Notes: generated from the sequence alone by a model not told the origin. A stretch of DNA of 64,000 bases from an uncultured Acidobacteriota bacterium (GCA_963757735.1 CAVWST010000026.1:274468-338467), one strand, 5' to 3'. Counted from the stretch's first letter, positions 38,693 through 51,712 are shown. Program-made: numbers and translations.

Positions 38693-39553
38693 ATGCGATA
38701 CCGGTTCACAGGCGTAGTGGTGGCGATGACATTAGCGGCGGCAGTTTCGCTGACCGTGGCCCCGACCGCACAACAGGGCCGCGGAAATCCGCCGCCGCCG
38801 GCGCCGGCCGGCGGTCAGGGCCGCGGTCCAGCCGCGCGTCTGGCACAGATCGCTGGTCATCCGAACTTCAACGGCGTGTGGCAGGCGATCGGCACGGCTC
38901 ACTGGAATCTCGAGGATCACTCGGCGGCGGCAACGCCGTTCTGGCAGCTCGGCGCGATGTTCGCGATTCCTGCCGGTCAGAGCGTGATCGTCGGTGGGGG
39001 CACGATCCCGTATCTGCCTGCGGCCCTCAAGAAGCGTGAAGAGAACATGAAGGGCTGGCCCAAGTCCGATCCCGAGGCCAAGTGCTACATGGCCGGCATT
39101 CCGAGATCGACCTACATGCCGTATCCCTTCCAGATCGTCCAGGGCCAGAAGGACATCCTCTTTGTCTACGAGTATGCCAGCTCGAACCGTATCGTCCACA
39201 TGGACAAGCCGTCCGAGCCGCCGGTCGACAGCTGGATGGGATGGTCCAACGGCAAGTGGGATGGCAACACGCTCGTGATCGAAGTGACGGGCAACAACGA
39301 TCAGACGTGGTTCGATCGCGCCGGCAACCATCACTCCGATGCGTTGAAGGTGACCGAGCGCTACACATTGGCGGGTGACAACCACATCAACTACGAAGCG
39401 ACGATCGAGGATCCGAAGACGTTCTCGAAGCCGTGGCAGATCCGCATGCCGCTGTATCGCCGCATGGAGCAGAACGCGCAGTTGCTCGAATACAAGTGCG
39501 TGGAGTTCTCAGAGGAGCTGCTCTACGGCGATCTGAAGAAGAAGACTGAGTAG
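38693..39553 (+). CDS. Secreted protein, divergent member (P5) of the P1-P4 family
   Basis: Signal peptide, then HPNFNGVWQ. WMGWSNGKWDGNTLVIEVTG aligns with WMGDSRGHWDGDTLVVETKN of P3. SDALKVTERYTL...YEATIEDPKTFSKPWQIRMPL aligns with the P3 core. Both family Cys are kept (AKCY, YKCV) but HEGN is absent. Confidence 0.8.
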   Translation: MRYRFTGVVVAMTLAAAVSLTVAPTAQQGRGNPPPPAPAGGQGRGPAARLAQIAGHPNFNGVWQAIGTAHWNLEDHSAAATPFWQLGAMFAIPAGQSVIVGGGTIPYLPAALKKREENMKGWPKSDPEAKCYMAGIPRSTYMPYPFQIVQGQKDILFVYEYASSNRIVHMDKPSEPPVDSWMGWSNGKWDGNTLVIEVTGNNDQTWFDRAGNHHSDALKVTERYTLAGDNHINYEATIEDPKTFSKPWQIRMPLYRRMEQNAQLLEYKCVEFSEELLYGDLKKKTE

Positions 39554-39600
39554 TTCTGAGTAATTCTGCGGCTGAGTGATACACTGTAGGACGGAGCTTT

Positions 39601-39619
39601 CTATCCCAGGGTCGGATAG
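39601..39619. promoter_or_regulatory. Palindrome CTATCC-N7-GGATAG between P5 and the HHSF protein gene (candidate operator)
   Basis: ctatcccagggtcggatag has the same hexamer arms as 17141-17156. Confidence 0.25.
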
Positions 39620-39649
39620 TTCCGAGTTGACGTCCCGAATAGGTAGGAG

Positions 39650-40084
39650 ATGAATTCGATGCGAACGAAACTCTTCAGCATTGCGGCCGCTGCCGCACTT
39701 CTGGCGGCGGTGTTTGCTGTTCAGGTCTCAGCGCACCACTCCTTTGCGGCTGAATTCGACGCGAAGCGTCCGGTCAAGCTGCGGGGCACGGTCGTGAAGA
39801 TGGAATGGATCAACCCCCATTCGTGGATTCACATCGACGTGAAGGATGCGGCCACTGGTAAAGTGGAGCGATGGATGGTTGAAGGCGGCGCGCCGAACGC
39901 GCTGCTGCGCCGCGGCTGGAACAAGAATTCGCTGACAGAGGGCACCGAGATCCTGGTCGAGGGTTTCCAGGCCAAGGACGGCGCCAATCGAGCGAACGGT
40001 CGCGACATCACGTTCCCGGACGGCAAGAAGCTCTTCGTCGGTTCGTCCGGCACCGGCGCGCCTGACGAAAGACCCGACAAGTAA
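39650..40084 (+). CDS. Small secreted protein with mature N-terminus HHSF (resembles what I recall as DUF6152; name unverified)
   Basis: Signal peptide ...AVFAVQVSA, then HHSFAAEFDAKRPVKLRGTVVKMEWINPHSWIHIDV. ATG 39659 has better SD spacing than ATG 39650. Confidence 0.8.
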   Translation: MNSMRTKLFSIAAAAALLAAVFAVQVSAHHSFAAEFDAKRPVKLRGTVVKMEWINPHSWIHIDVKDAATGKVERWMVEGGAPNALLRRGWNKNSLTEGTEILVEGFQAKDGANRANGRDITFPDGKKLFVGSSGTGAPDERPDK

Positions 40085-40110
40085 GAGCCGTCGTTTTCGG
40101 TTTCCTACAG

Positions 40111-40157
40111 AGCAACGCCCTGACCGGTACACGGTCTCGGCGTTGCTTTGCTGTTTT
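40111..40157 (+). terminator. Rho-independent terminator candidate
   Basis: The stem agcaacgcc (40111-40119) / ggcgttgct (40139-40147) contains an inner gaccg/cggtc stem and is followed by the T-rich ttgctgttttc. Confidence 0.6.
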
Positions 40158-40201
40158 CAGGCGTGGGAATCGGCGGGTCTTCAGGTATCCTCGCACCTCT
40201 G

Positions 40202-40495
40202 ATGCCGACAATATCCACGCTTGAAGCTGTGTCTGCCGCGCGCTGGCGCGTTGCCATCTCGCTCACCATCGCGATGATGGCTGTCTACTTCGGTTTCATC
40301 CTCCTCGTCGCTTTCAACAAACCACTACTTGGAACATTGGTCACTGAAGGTCTGAGCCTGGGTATGTTGCTCGGTGTCCTCGTGATCCTCGTGGCGTGGC
40401 TGCTGACGTGGTTCTACATCCGTTGGGCGAATACGCACTACGACGCGTCGCTCGCGCAGCTGCGGGCGCCTGAGGCTCGAGAGAGCTCCCGATGA
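40202..40495 (+). CDS. yjcH: DUF485 (YjcH-like) inner membrane protein
   Basis: Two TM helices and ...[12 protein letters not shown]. The stop overlaps the actP ATG (ATGA). Confidence 0.8.
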   Translation: MPTISTLEAVSAARWRVAISLTIAMMAVYFGFILLVAFNKPLLGTLVTEGLSLGMLLGVLVILVAWLLTWFYIRWANTHYDASLAQLRAPEARESSR

Positions 40496-42024
40496 CGTCG
40501 TCGCTCGGTGAGCCGAACGCCATCGCGATCACGTTCTTCCTGCTCTTCATCGGACTGTCGCTTGGAATCACGGCGTGGGCGGCTCGTCGCACGAAGACGG
40601 CAGACCACTTCTACACGGCCGGCCGCAGCGTGACGGCGTTCCAGAACGGCCTCGCGCTCGCCGGAGATTTCATGAGCGCCGCGAGCTTCCTGGGCATCGC
40701 TGGCCTGGTAGCGCTCTCGGGATTCGACGGCCTGATCTATTCGATCGGCTGGCTGGTGGGGTGGCCGATCGTAATGTTCCTGATCGCCGAGCCGCTCAGG
40801 AACCTTGGCCGCTACACATTTGCCGACGTGCTCGCCGCACGCCTGCGACAGACGCCGATTCGCATCGCCGCGTCGATTGGTTCGCTGGCGGTGATCGCGT
40901 TCTACCTGATCGCTCAGATGGTCGGCGCCGGTAATTTGATCCGGCTGTTGTTCGGGCTGCCGTACGAAGCGGCGGTGGCGATCGTCGGGGTCGTCATGCT
41001 CGCGTACGTGCTCTTCGGCGGCATGATCGCGACGACCTGGGTGCAGATCATCAAGGCGGTGCTTCTGCTCGGCGGCGCCACGCTGCTCGCGGGACTTGTG
41101 CTTGCGCGGTTCGATTTCAGTCTCTTCGCGCTCTTCTCGAAGGCCGCCGAACAGTACGGCTCTGGTGTCCTCAGCCCCGGCAGGCAGGTCAGCGATCCGA
41201 TCGACGCGGTGTCGCTCGGCCTCGCGTTGATGCTGGGCACGGCGGGGCTCCCGCATATCCTCATGCGGTTCTACACGGTGCCCGACGCGCGGACGGCGCG
41301 ATCGTCGGTCGGCTACGCGACGGCGTTCATCGGGTTCTTCTATCTGCTGACATTCATCCTCGGATTCGGAGCGATGGTGCTCATCGGCCGTGATGCGATC
41401 ACCGCCATCGACGCGGGTGGCAACATGGCCGCGCCGCTGCTCGCCGAGGGTGTCGGTGGGACGCCGTTTCTCGGGTTCATTTCGGCGGTGGCGTTTGCGA
41501 CGATTCTCGCCGTCGTGGCGGGCCTCACGCTGTCCGGCGCGGCGACGCTGTCGCACGATCTGTGGGTGAGCGTCGTGCGCGGAGACAAGGCCGATAACCG
41601 TGAGCAGCTCCTCGTTGCGAGAGGCGCCACCGTGCTGCTGGCGATCGTCTCCATCGTCCTTGGGATCGCGTTCAAGGGGCAGAACGTCGCTTACATGGTT
41701 GGCCTCGCGTTCGCCATCGCAGCGAGCGCGAACTTCCCGGCGCTGGTGCTGTCGATCTTCTGGAGTCGGCTGACGACGGCTGGTGCGCAGAGCAGCATGA
41801 TCGTCGGCACCGCCGCTGCGCTGCTCTTGATCTATTCCTCGCCGACGATCCAGATCGACATCCTGCACAATACGGAGGCGTGGTTCCCACTGCGGAATCC
41901 GGGCATCGTCTCGATTCCGTTGTCATTCGCCGTCGCAATCGGTGTATCGCTGGTGTGGCCGGTTGCGTCTGAGGAGCGTCGGTTTACCGAGCTCGAGAGA
42001 CAGCTTCATCTGGGAATAGAGTAA
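40492..42024 (+). CDS. actP: Cation/acetate symporter ActP (SSS family)
   Basis: 510 aa with [37 protein letters not shown], about 13 TM segments, and the typical yjcH-actP pairing. Confidence 0.9.
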   Translation: MTSSLGEPNAIAITFFLLFIGLSLGITAWAARRTKTADHFYTAGRSVTAFQNGLALAGDFMSAASFLGIAGLVALSGFDGLIYSIGWLVGWPIVMFLIAEPLRNLGRYTFADVLAARLRQTPIRIAASIGSLAVIAFYLIAQMVGAGNLIRLLFGLPYEAAVAIVGVVMLAYVLFGGMIATTWVQIIKAVLLLGGATLLAGLVLARFDFSLFALFSKAAEQYGSGVLSPGRQVSDPIDAVSLGLALMLGTAGLPHILMRFYTVPDARTARSSVGYATAFIGFFYLLTFILGFGAMVLIGRDAITAIDAGGNMAAPLLAEGVGGTPFLGFISAVAFATILAVVAGLTLSGAATLSHDLWVSVVRGDKADNREQLLVARGATVLLAIVSIVLGIAFKGQNVAYMVGLAFAIAASANFPALVLSIFWSRLTTAGAQSSMIVGTAAALLLIYSSPTIQIDILHNTEAWFPLRNPGIVSIPLSFAVAIGVSLVWPVASEERRFTELERQLHLGIE

Positions 42025-42038
42025 GACCGTTCCCCATC

Positions 42039-45000
42039 GTGACCAGGATCCGTCGCGCGATCGTCGGTCTCGTCTGCGTGCTGCTCGCGGGAGCGGCTGG
42101 ATTCTTCGTGCTCAGAAGCCGAGGGCCGTCACTGCCTGCGCCGGGGTCGGGCACCTACGAGCAGATGACGCGCGCGTTCTACTGGGGGTTGTCCGCGCTC
42201 GAAGTCGGTCTTCTGGACGACGCCCGTCAGCAGTTCACCAAAGCGACCACGATCGTGCCGGACGAGCCTGCGTCCTGGGCCAACCTCGGGCTCGCGCAAC
42301 TGAGACTCGGTGAGCTGGAGGCTGCGGCTGCCCCGATCGAACGCGCCCTCGCCCTGGCGCCAAACAATGGCGACATCGTGTTGCTCGCGGCCAGGATGGA
42401 CGCCGCGCGTGGTCAGCTCGATGCAGCGGCCGCGCGATTGCGCCGGGCCGTCGAACTCGATCCCGGCAGCTTGCGTGCGAGGTTCGCGCTCGCAGACGAA
42501 CTGCAACGTCTCAATACCCCGGAAGCAGACACCGAGGCGCTTGCACTCCTGGACGAGATAATTCGTCGCGCACCCAACAATCTGGCTGCGCTGGTCGAAC
42601 GGGCCCGGATTGCAGCGCGGCGGCGTGACGAGGCGCGGGTTCGCAACTCTCGTGATGCGTTGGCGCCGCTCTCCGGATCGTGGCCCGAGCAGGCGATGGA
42701 GCAGTTCAAGTCGTTTCAGAGCGCCGTCGATGAGGCGCGAATGGACGACGCCGTTCGGGCAACGACGTTTCTGAGGAACGTACTCGCCCCGGTTCCGGCG
42801 TTTCGCGAAAGCCTGGGTGCCCTGCGCACGCCGACCGAGCTCATCGCCGAGCCCTTCGAGCGTTTCCTTGCGATGATGCCGCCGCCCGTTCAGCCTTCGC
42901 CCGCGGATCCGTCGATCTCGTTCACGGCGGAAGCCGCTGGAACCGACGCGGCAGCCGCGGTGGTCGCGCTGTTTCCAACAATTGAAGCGCCTCCCGTGCT
43001 CGTTGCCGCCGACGCGACAAGTCTGAGGCGCCTTGATGTTTCGGGATCGGCCTGGCCGTTTCCGTCTGGTCGCGGCGGGGCTTCAGGCCCGCCGTCTTCG
43101 AGCGCCGTCGCCACGCTCGACTGGAATCACGACTTTCGGTACTGACGTTGTGATGGCCGGGCCCGCTGGCGTTCGGCTTCTGCTGCAGGACGCGAAGGGA
43201 TCTTTCGTCGATGCGACGGCCAAAGCCTCGGGCGGCGCGCCAGTCACAGACGATACGTTCGGTGTGTGGGCGGCTGACATCGAGATGGACGGCGATATCG
43301 ACCTCGTTGTGGGCCCAACGCTGGGGGCGCCGTTTGTGTTGAGGAACAACGGCGACGGCACGTGGCGACGCATCGTGCCGTTCACGGGTCTGACCGCGGT
43401 TCGCGGGTTCGCATGGGCAGACCTCGATGAGGACGCCGATCCGGATGCGATGTTTGTCGATGCCGCAGGATCGGTGCAGGTCTCCACGAATCGACAGGCT
43501 GGCCAGTTCGCCGTCGCGACCGCGATACCGGGAACCGCAGGCGTCGTCGCCGCGACGGTTGGAGACATTGACGCTGACGGAGCAATCGATGTCGTCGCTC
43601 TCGAGTCGAAAGGGATCGTTCGCAAGGCTTCGTGGGTGAACACGACGTGGACCGTCGGCGAAGTTGCGGCGTGGTCGGGGTTCGCAGGTGGTCAGGCTGG
43701 AGCCGGCCAACTGCTCGTGGCTGACCTCGACAACAACGGCGCGCTCGATCTGATTGCGTCGTCGCAGTCGGGATCGCACGTCTGGCTTGCGAATCAGAGG
43801 CAGCAGCTCGAAGCACTGCCGACGTCGCTTGATGCGCAGGTATTCGCCGCGGTCGATCGAAATGGCGACGGCCGCCTCGATCTCGCTGCTATCGCGATGG
43901 GCCGTCCCGCGTGGTTGATGGGCGGTGGTGGAACGGCGACCTATCACTGGAAGACGATTCGGCCACGAGGGCAGGCAAGCGCCGGCGATCAGCGAATCAA
44001 CTCATTTGGTGTTGGTGGCGAGATCAGCGTGCGTGCCGGGCTGACGGTGCAAACGCAGGTCATGACCGGGACGCCTGTGCACTTCGGTCTCGGCACACGA
44101 ACCGGCATCGACGTCGCGCGCATCGTGTGGCCGAACGGCATCGCACAGGCCGAGTTTGGCGCTGGTGTCGACGACGTGATCGTCGCCGAGCAGCGGCTCA
44201 AAGGATCGTGCCCGTGGGTGTTTGCGTGGAACGGCACGCACATGGACTTCGTGACCGACTTCCTCTGGCGGTCGCCACTCGGTCTGCGCATCAACGCGCA
44301 GGACACGGCGGGTGTGACGCAGACGGAGGACTGGGTCAGGATTGCCGGCGATCAACTGCGGCCGCGTAACGGTGTGTACGACGTTCGCATCACAGCCGAA
44401 CTGTGGGAGACCCATTTCTTCGACCACGTCTCTCTTCTCGTCGTCGACCATCCCGCCGATACGGAGATGTTCGTCGATGAGCGATTCCGGCCATCGAGGC
44501 CCCCGGCGCTCGAACCGCGGGCGCTGAAGATGCTGGGTGCGGTGATGGATGCGCGAGACGAGCAGGGCCACGATGTCACCGAATCGATTGCGGTTCGTGA
44601 CGGAAAATACCTGGCGACATTCGCGCGCGGGCAGTATCAGGGGATCGCCCACGAGCACTTTGTCGAGTTCACACTCGGTCCGCACGCAAACGCCCATCGG
44701 TTGACGCTGGTGGCGAGCGGGTGGATCTATCCCACCGATAGCAGCATCAACGTCGCGATCGGTCAGGGCGGTGTGGTGAAGCCAAGCGGCGTGGCGCTGG
44801 AGGCGCGGGATCGCCTGGGCAACTGGAAGGTCGTGGATGCCGACCTTGGTTTCCCTGCCGGCAAGAACAAGACGATGCTGATCGACCTGGGCGAGGTCAA
44901 AGACGCAACGCGACTCAGGCTGCGGACGAATCTCGAAATCTACTGGGACGCACTGATCGTGGCCAGCGACGTGACGGTGCCACTCCGAACGAAGAGGCTC

Positions 45001-45492
45001 GACGTGCGCGATGCGGAGTTGCGCTACCGAGGCTACTCGGAGACGACGTCGCCCAGGGGCGATGCACCGGAGACGCCGAATTACGACCGCAAATCGGGTG
45101 TCACGCAGCGATGGCGCGATCTGACGGGGTATCACACCAGGTTCGGTAGTGTGAACGCACTATTGTCGGGGGTGGACGACCGGTATGTGATCATGAACGC
45201 CGGCGACGAGATGCGGCTGCAGTTCCCTGAGCAGCCGGCTCCCGAGACTGGTTGGCGCCGTGATTTCGTGCTCATTGGCGACGGGTGGGAAAAGGACGGA
45301 GATTACAACACCGGCTTCTCTCAAACCGTGCTTCCGTTGCCATCGCACGACCATCCCGCCTATGGACAGGCACGCACCTCCATCGATCTCGAGGATGATC
45401 CCGTGTATCAACGGCATCGATCGGATTGGGAGGAGTTTCACACCCGCTGGGTGTCGCCGGGCGCGTTCATGAAGGGCTTGCGACGCAAGTAG
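42039..45492 (+). pseudogene. TPR + FG-GAP/VCBS repeat + ASPIC/UnbV-domain protein, one frame break near 43140
   Basis: N-terminal anchor, TPR region (ASWANLGLAQLRLGELEAA...), FG-GAP-like DxDxDG repeats (DIEMDGDIDLV, DLDEDADPD, DIDADGAIDVV, DLDNNGALDL, DRNGDGRLDL) and UnbV-like GVGGEISVRAG...ARIVWPNG. The break is at LDWNHDFR|TDVVMAG. Confidence 0.75.
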
Positions 45493-45493
45493 C

Positions 45494-47283
45494 CGTGACA
45501 GCAGTCAGATCAGACTCGACAACGACTCGCCTGGATCGTCTGGACGTTCCTCCTGGTCGCGTCGCTCGCCGCCGTGCGAGCGCTCAATCAGAACGCGCTC
45601 GCGTCGCTGCCCGATGACGAGGGCGTGTCCGATCTGCGATTCGGGTTTCAGCTCGCGGAGTCGGCGAAGAGGCGAGGTGTTGACTTCGTTCACGAAGCGC
45701 CGACGTTCGATTCCAGACTCGATCACATCATGCCGCAGGTCGCATCCACAGGCGCGGCGGTGGCCGTCGCCGACTTCGATAAGGACGGGTGGCAGGACTT
45801 CTACGTCACCAACAGTCGAGAGGGAAGTCTCAATCGTCTTTATCGCAACAAGGGCGACGGTACCTTCAAGGATGTCGCGCAATCAGTCGGTCTTGCAGAC
45901 GTCAACCGTCGCGAGACCGGCGTCTCGATGGGTGCCGTCTGGGGTGACTACGACAACGACGGTTATGAAGATCTCTTTCTCTATCGCTACGGCCAGCCTC
46001 AGCTCTTTCACAACGAGAGTGGACAGCGATTCGTCGCGGCAGGAACAGGATTGCCGCGCTGGGTGAACGCGAACGCGGCGACGTGGCTGGACTACGACAG
46101 CGACGGCCTGCTCGATCTGTTCCTCGCGGGGTACTGGCCTGACGACGTCGATCTCTGGAAGCTGAGACGACTCGCATCATGCCGGAAAGCTTCGAGTACG
46201 CAAACAACGGTGGACGCAAATACCTGTTGCGCAACCGCGGTGACGGCGCATTCCACGACATGACGGCAGCAGTTGGCATCACGAGCCGGCGGTGGACGTT
46301 AGCGATAACCGCAGTCGATGTGCAGGGCTCGGGCTATCCCGGCTTGTTCCTCGCCAACGACTACGGCGTGTCCGAGATGTTCGTGAATCGTGGTGGCAAA
46401 CGTTTCGAAGACGTCGCCGCGGAGACGGGTGTGGGACGTGCGCCGAAGAGCGGGATGAACGCTGCGCTCGGCGATGTCTTCAACGACGGGCGCCTGTCGA
46501 TCTACAAGACGAACATCTCAGAGCCCGGGCAGCTCGTGCAGGGCAACGATCTCTGGGTGCCGAAGCCGGCCGGATCGGGTCTTCCGGCGTTCGAGAACCT
46601 GGCGACGACGCTCGGTGTCGACCTCGGGGGATGGAGCTGGGGCGCACAGTTCGGCGATCTGAACAACGATGGCGCGCAGGATATCTACCTGGTAAACGGG
46701 TACATCTCGGCGGGCGAGCGCAGTAGCTATTGGTATGACTTCTCGGTGATTGCCGTCGGACACAGCTCCATCATCGGTGATGCGGCGAACTGGCCGGCGA
46801 TGAAGGGACGGAGCCTGTCGGGGTATCAGCGCAAGCGCGTCTGGATCAATGACGGGTTCGGCAATTTCACCGATGTCGCGCAGGCGGTTGGCGCCACGGA
46901 CACGAATGACGGACGCGCAGTCGCCCTGGCCGATTTCCGGAACACGGGTGTGCTCGACGTCATCGTGGCCAACCAGCGTGGCCCGCTGCTGATCTACGAG
47001 AACCGTGTCGCTCCCGTACGTCACTGGATCCAGTTCGAGCTCGAGGGAACGAAGAGCAATCGCAGCGCGATCGGCGCGCGCGTGGAACTGCACTGGAACG
47101 GGCACGTGCAGGCGCAGCAGGTGACGGCGGCGACCGGATTCAGCGCACAAAACCAGCGCTGGTTGCACTACGGCCTCGGTCAAGCGCGCACCGTCGACCG
47201 AGCCGTGATTCGCTGGCCTTCAGGACTGGAGCAGACGATCGCCGATCCGTCTGTGGACATCAGGCATCACGTGAAAGAACCCG

Positions 47284-47294
<11 letters not shown>
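45494..47294 (+). pseudogene. CRTAC1-family (FG-GAP + ASPIC/UnbV) protein, 1-2 frame breaks
   Basis: Motifs present are VADFDKDGWQDFYVTN, GDYDNDGYEDLF, LDYDSDGLLDLF, GDLNNDGAQDIY, SAIGARVELHW and RAVIRWPSG. One break is near 46165 (DLWKL|..TTRIMPESFEY). The N-terminal TM segment is in a different frame from GTG 45494. Confidence 0.75.
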
Positions 47295-48125
<831 letters not shown>

Positions 48126-48399
48126 GCAGATTCGCCTGAATCCTTGACAGTTGCGTCCGAATTGCGTGCAGGGCGATGAATTAGTGTGCAAAACGGTGCA
48201 TTCGCACGTGGTACAAAGAAATGCTGAGCGTCGAAGCCGAGCTGGTTGTCCAAATACTGGGGCTCCGAGCGTTCAGTACGAAGCGCGGTTGCTCCGGAAT
48301 TTTGCTGACCTGCGGTGAGATGCTGGTGCAACCCGCCGAACAGGAGCCTCATTGGACCACGGTCCCCTCGGTGGGTGGACGGCTGCCAGTTCGCCAGCT

Positions 48400-51171
48400 A
48401 TCTCCGTTGCACGTCCGCGAACCCCGGTCCGGTTGGTTCTCGTCCCTTCCGCTCGCTAGCCGCTTTCATCAGTCTCGCCCTCGGTGGGCTCGTCCTGTTT
48501 GTCTGGGCCTTCCGGACCTCGCAACCATCAGCACGTCTCCTTCCCGGGCATCACCGCCATGAAGGCCGAGCGCTGCCGCGAGCTTCATTCTTGGCGGCGC
48601 CTCGCTCCTGATGCTCTTGCGAGGACCTGGGTCCTATCTGTGGGCGCGACTCTTTGCGGCCGGCCTGCTCGTGCTGATGGGCGTCGCATGGATCGGCCAT
48701 GCTGCTGGCTGGAGCCGGAATCATGACGATCGAGCCAGTGCGGATGGGGTTCCATGCCGTGCTCGGCTTCACGCTGCAGGGCATCGCCCTGCTCCTGCTG
48801 ACCAACACACGGACCGGACGGGCCGAACGAAGGGCGGGGGAAGCGGCACTCGCCGCGGCCTTCATGGGTTGGGCAGGGTTGATTGTCTACACCTACAGCG
48901 TCGGGCTCTATTCGTGGGAGTCGGTATCGCGCATGGTGTTCACCTCGCTCGGGGTCACCGTGCTCGGGCTGGGCACGGCGGCCGTCGATCAAGGTCAGCG
49001 GTCCACTTCGAGTGCTCCGGAGCGACGGGCCTGGCGGTGTGCTCGCTCGATACCTGGTGCCGTTCGTTGCCATCGCACCGTTCGTCCTCGGGTGGATTCA
49101 TCTGGTCGGGCCGTCGCGCGGGATGGTACGAGCCGACCATCGGCGTTGCCGTTCTGACGATCGCCAGCACCGTTCTGTTCGCGTTCATCGTCGTGACCTA
49201 TGCGTCCCGCCTGGATCGCAGCGAGGCAGCGTCGCCACTCCGCTGAACGCGTGCTGCGCGAGTCGTCCGAATTCAACACGCAGATCGTCGCGAGCGCACA
49301 GGAGGGGATCGTTGTCGTTGACGAGCAGCGCCGCTGCGTGTTGTGGAACCCGTTCATGGAACGGCTCACGGGCATCCCGGCACAGGACGTCGTCGGAAAG
49401 CCCCTCGCGCAGGCCACGTCGTTCGGCGTGCTGACTCGGAACTGGAGTCGATGGAACGAGCGCTGGCCGGCCATCACGTCGAGGGCGACGTCGAGCGGCC
49501 GCGATTCATCAGGGCAGTTCTGCCTGGCTTCTGGTGGCCCACACGCCACTCAAGAACAGCGGACGGTGACATCAGAGGCGCGATCATCACGATTCACGAC
49601 ATCACCGAGCTCAAACGTGCCGAGGAGGCACTGCGTGAGTCACAGAAGCGCACGTCAACGGCGCTGGCGTCACTCGGTGTCGGCGTGTGGGAAGTTGACC
49701 TCGAGACGCGCGCGGTCGTCTGGACGGAGAACGCGTCTCCGCTGCTCGCTTCGTCGCCAGATGCCATCCGCACGCTCGACTGACATCGTCGAGCGCATGC
49801 ATCCCGACGATCGCGCGGAGACGACGTCGGCCATCGAGCGGGCGATCGCGACGAAGGGCGACTTCGATCGTCGAGTCGCGAGTGGTTGTGCCAGACGGCG
49901 GCATCCGGTGGATGCGAAGCGCCGGGCGCGTCATCGGTCGATCCACCAGGCGAGCCACGAGCGGCTCATCGGCGTGACGGTTGACGTGACCGGCCGTCAT
50001 CTTCTCGAGGCGCAGTTCCTCCAGGCACAGAAGATGGAGGCCGTCGGGACAACTCGCGGGAGGAGTCGCCCACGACTTCAACAACTTGCTGACCGCGATT
50101 CTGGGATACGCGGCCCTCGTCAAGGAGGGCATGAACGATCCGTCCCGTCGAAGGAACGTGGACGAAGTCGTGAAGGCCGCGACGCGTGCCACAGCGCTCA
50201 CGAGACAGTTGCTGGCGTTCAGCCGGCAGGAGGTGCCCGAGGTCACTGTCCTGAACGCGAACGAGATCGTCTCGGATCTGCTCGACATGCTGCGCCGACT
50301 GATCGGCGAGCACATGACGCTGACAACGAACCTCGCCGACCGACTCGACTCGATTCGAACCGATCGCGGCCAGCTCGAACAGGTGATCGTGAACCTGGTC
50401 GTCAACGCCCGCGATGCCATGCCGAAGGGCGGCGGCATACGGATCGACACGGCGAACGTATACGTCGATGCGGGTGTGATCGCTCATGGCGGTCAGATCG
50501 CAGCGGGCGACTACGTGATGCTCTCCGTCACCGATGCCGGCGTGGGCATGAGCGAGGAAGTTCGAGCGCAGCTTTTCAAGCCGTTCTTCACGACGAAGGA
50601 TCGCGGAAAGGGAACCGGACTCGGGCTGGCGACGGTTCATGGGATCGTCGCCGCCGCGCGCGGTCACATCGCGGTAGAAAGCCAGCCGGGAAAGGGATCG
50701 ACCTTCCGAGTGCATCTGCCGAGAGTCGCCGATCCCGCTTGCGAGCGGCTCGCGCCAAGCGTCGAACCGGCCGCACTGGCCCACGACTATCCACGATCGT
50801 CCGTCCTTATCGTCGAAGACGAGGAAGCCGTGCGATACCTCTCCCGTGTCATCCTCGAGCGGGCCGGCCATCGCGTGTATGAGGCCTCGACGCCCGAACA
50901 GGCCGAATCGCTGATTTCCGACGTCGGTCAGGTCGATGTGCTCGTTGCCGACGTGATGCTGCCCGGCGGACGTGGACCTGACCTCTTCGCGCGCCTGCGC
51001 GTCAGGTATCCCGCGCTCCGTGTCGTGTTCATGTCCGGATACCTCGATGAGGACGTCCTGGAAGGGGCCCACGTCGATCCCGCGATACGCTTCATCCAGA
51101 AGCCGTTTGCTGCCGAAGCTCTCCTCGGAAGCGTCGCCACGCTCCTGGACACCGCCGGCACAAGCGGGTGA
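48400..51171 (+). pseudogene. Hybrid sensor histidine kinase (membrane sensor + PAS + HisKA + HATPase + REC), many frame breaks; 5' end approximate
   Basis: Elements present are TM segments (LLPGITAMK.., LFAAGLLVLMGVAWIGHAAGW), PAS pieces (IVVVDEQRRCVLWNPFMERLTGIPAQDVVGKPL; ITIHDITELKRAEEALRESQ), H-box GGVAHDFNNLLTAILGYA, HATPase NLVVNARDAM / GKGTGLGLATVHGIV, and REC VLIVEDEEAVR...VADVMLPGG...FIQKPF. Only 50086-51171 is contiguous. Confidence 0.75.
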
Positions 51172-51220
51172 TAGACTCCGCGAACCCTGATCGGTTTTCC
51201 GGCTCAGCCGGAGCGGCATC

Positions 51221-51712
51221 ATGGCGCCTTCTCGGCTTCAGCGATTCACGGACGCACAGGACCAGGCAGTGTCTGGTTTCCAGTCAGCTCTGTCGGAAAT
51301 ACACGCGGGCGGAAAACGCAGCCACTGGATCTGGTAAGTCTTCCCGCAGCTCTTCGGGATGGGGCATTCGCTTGCCTCGCGCACGTACGGGCTCGACGGC
51401 GTTGAAGAGGCAGAGGAGTACCTTCGCGATCCGCTGCTCCGCTCACGATTGCTGACGATCGCGTCTGCGGCCGCCGAACAACTCGCGGGTAAGCGTGTGA
51501 CGTTGTTGCACCTGATGGCGTCGTCGATCGACGCGACGAAACTCGTCTCGTCGATGACGTTGTTCCAGCAGGTCGCCAAGCGGTTGCACGACGCGGAAGG
51601 TCTCGACGAATATGCCTCGCTCGAGGGTGCGGCAAAGACGATCCTCGCGCGTGCCGCGACGGAAGGCTATCCGCCTTGTCAGTTCACGTTGAACATCCTG
51701 GCGAATCAGTAG
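51221..51712 (+). pseudogene. DUF1810 family protein with an in-frame TAA
   Basis: MAPSRLQRFTDAQDQAVSGFQSALSEIHAGGKRSHWIW is followed by TAA (51335-51337) and then, in the same frame, VFPQLFGMGHS... This matches the remembered family motif SHWMWF/YVFPQ. Confidence 0.7.

Noticed and set aside
48126-48330. AT-richer 200-nt stretch upstream of the histidine kinase as an ncRNA or tRNA gene.
   Set aside because: I found no cloverleaf-compatible segments or extended conserved-looking stems. It contains a TTGACA-like hexamer and is most simply a promoter or leader region. ORF 48113-48352(-) has no family resemblance.
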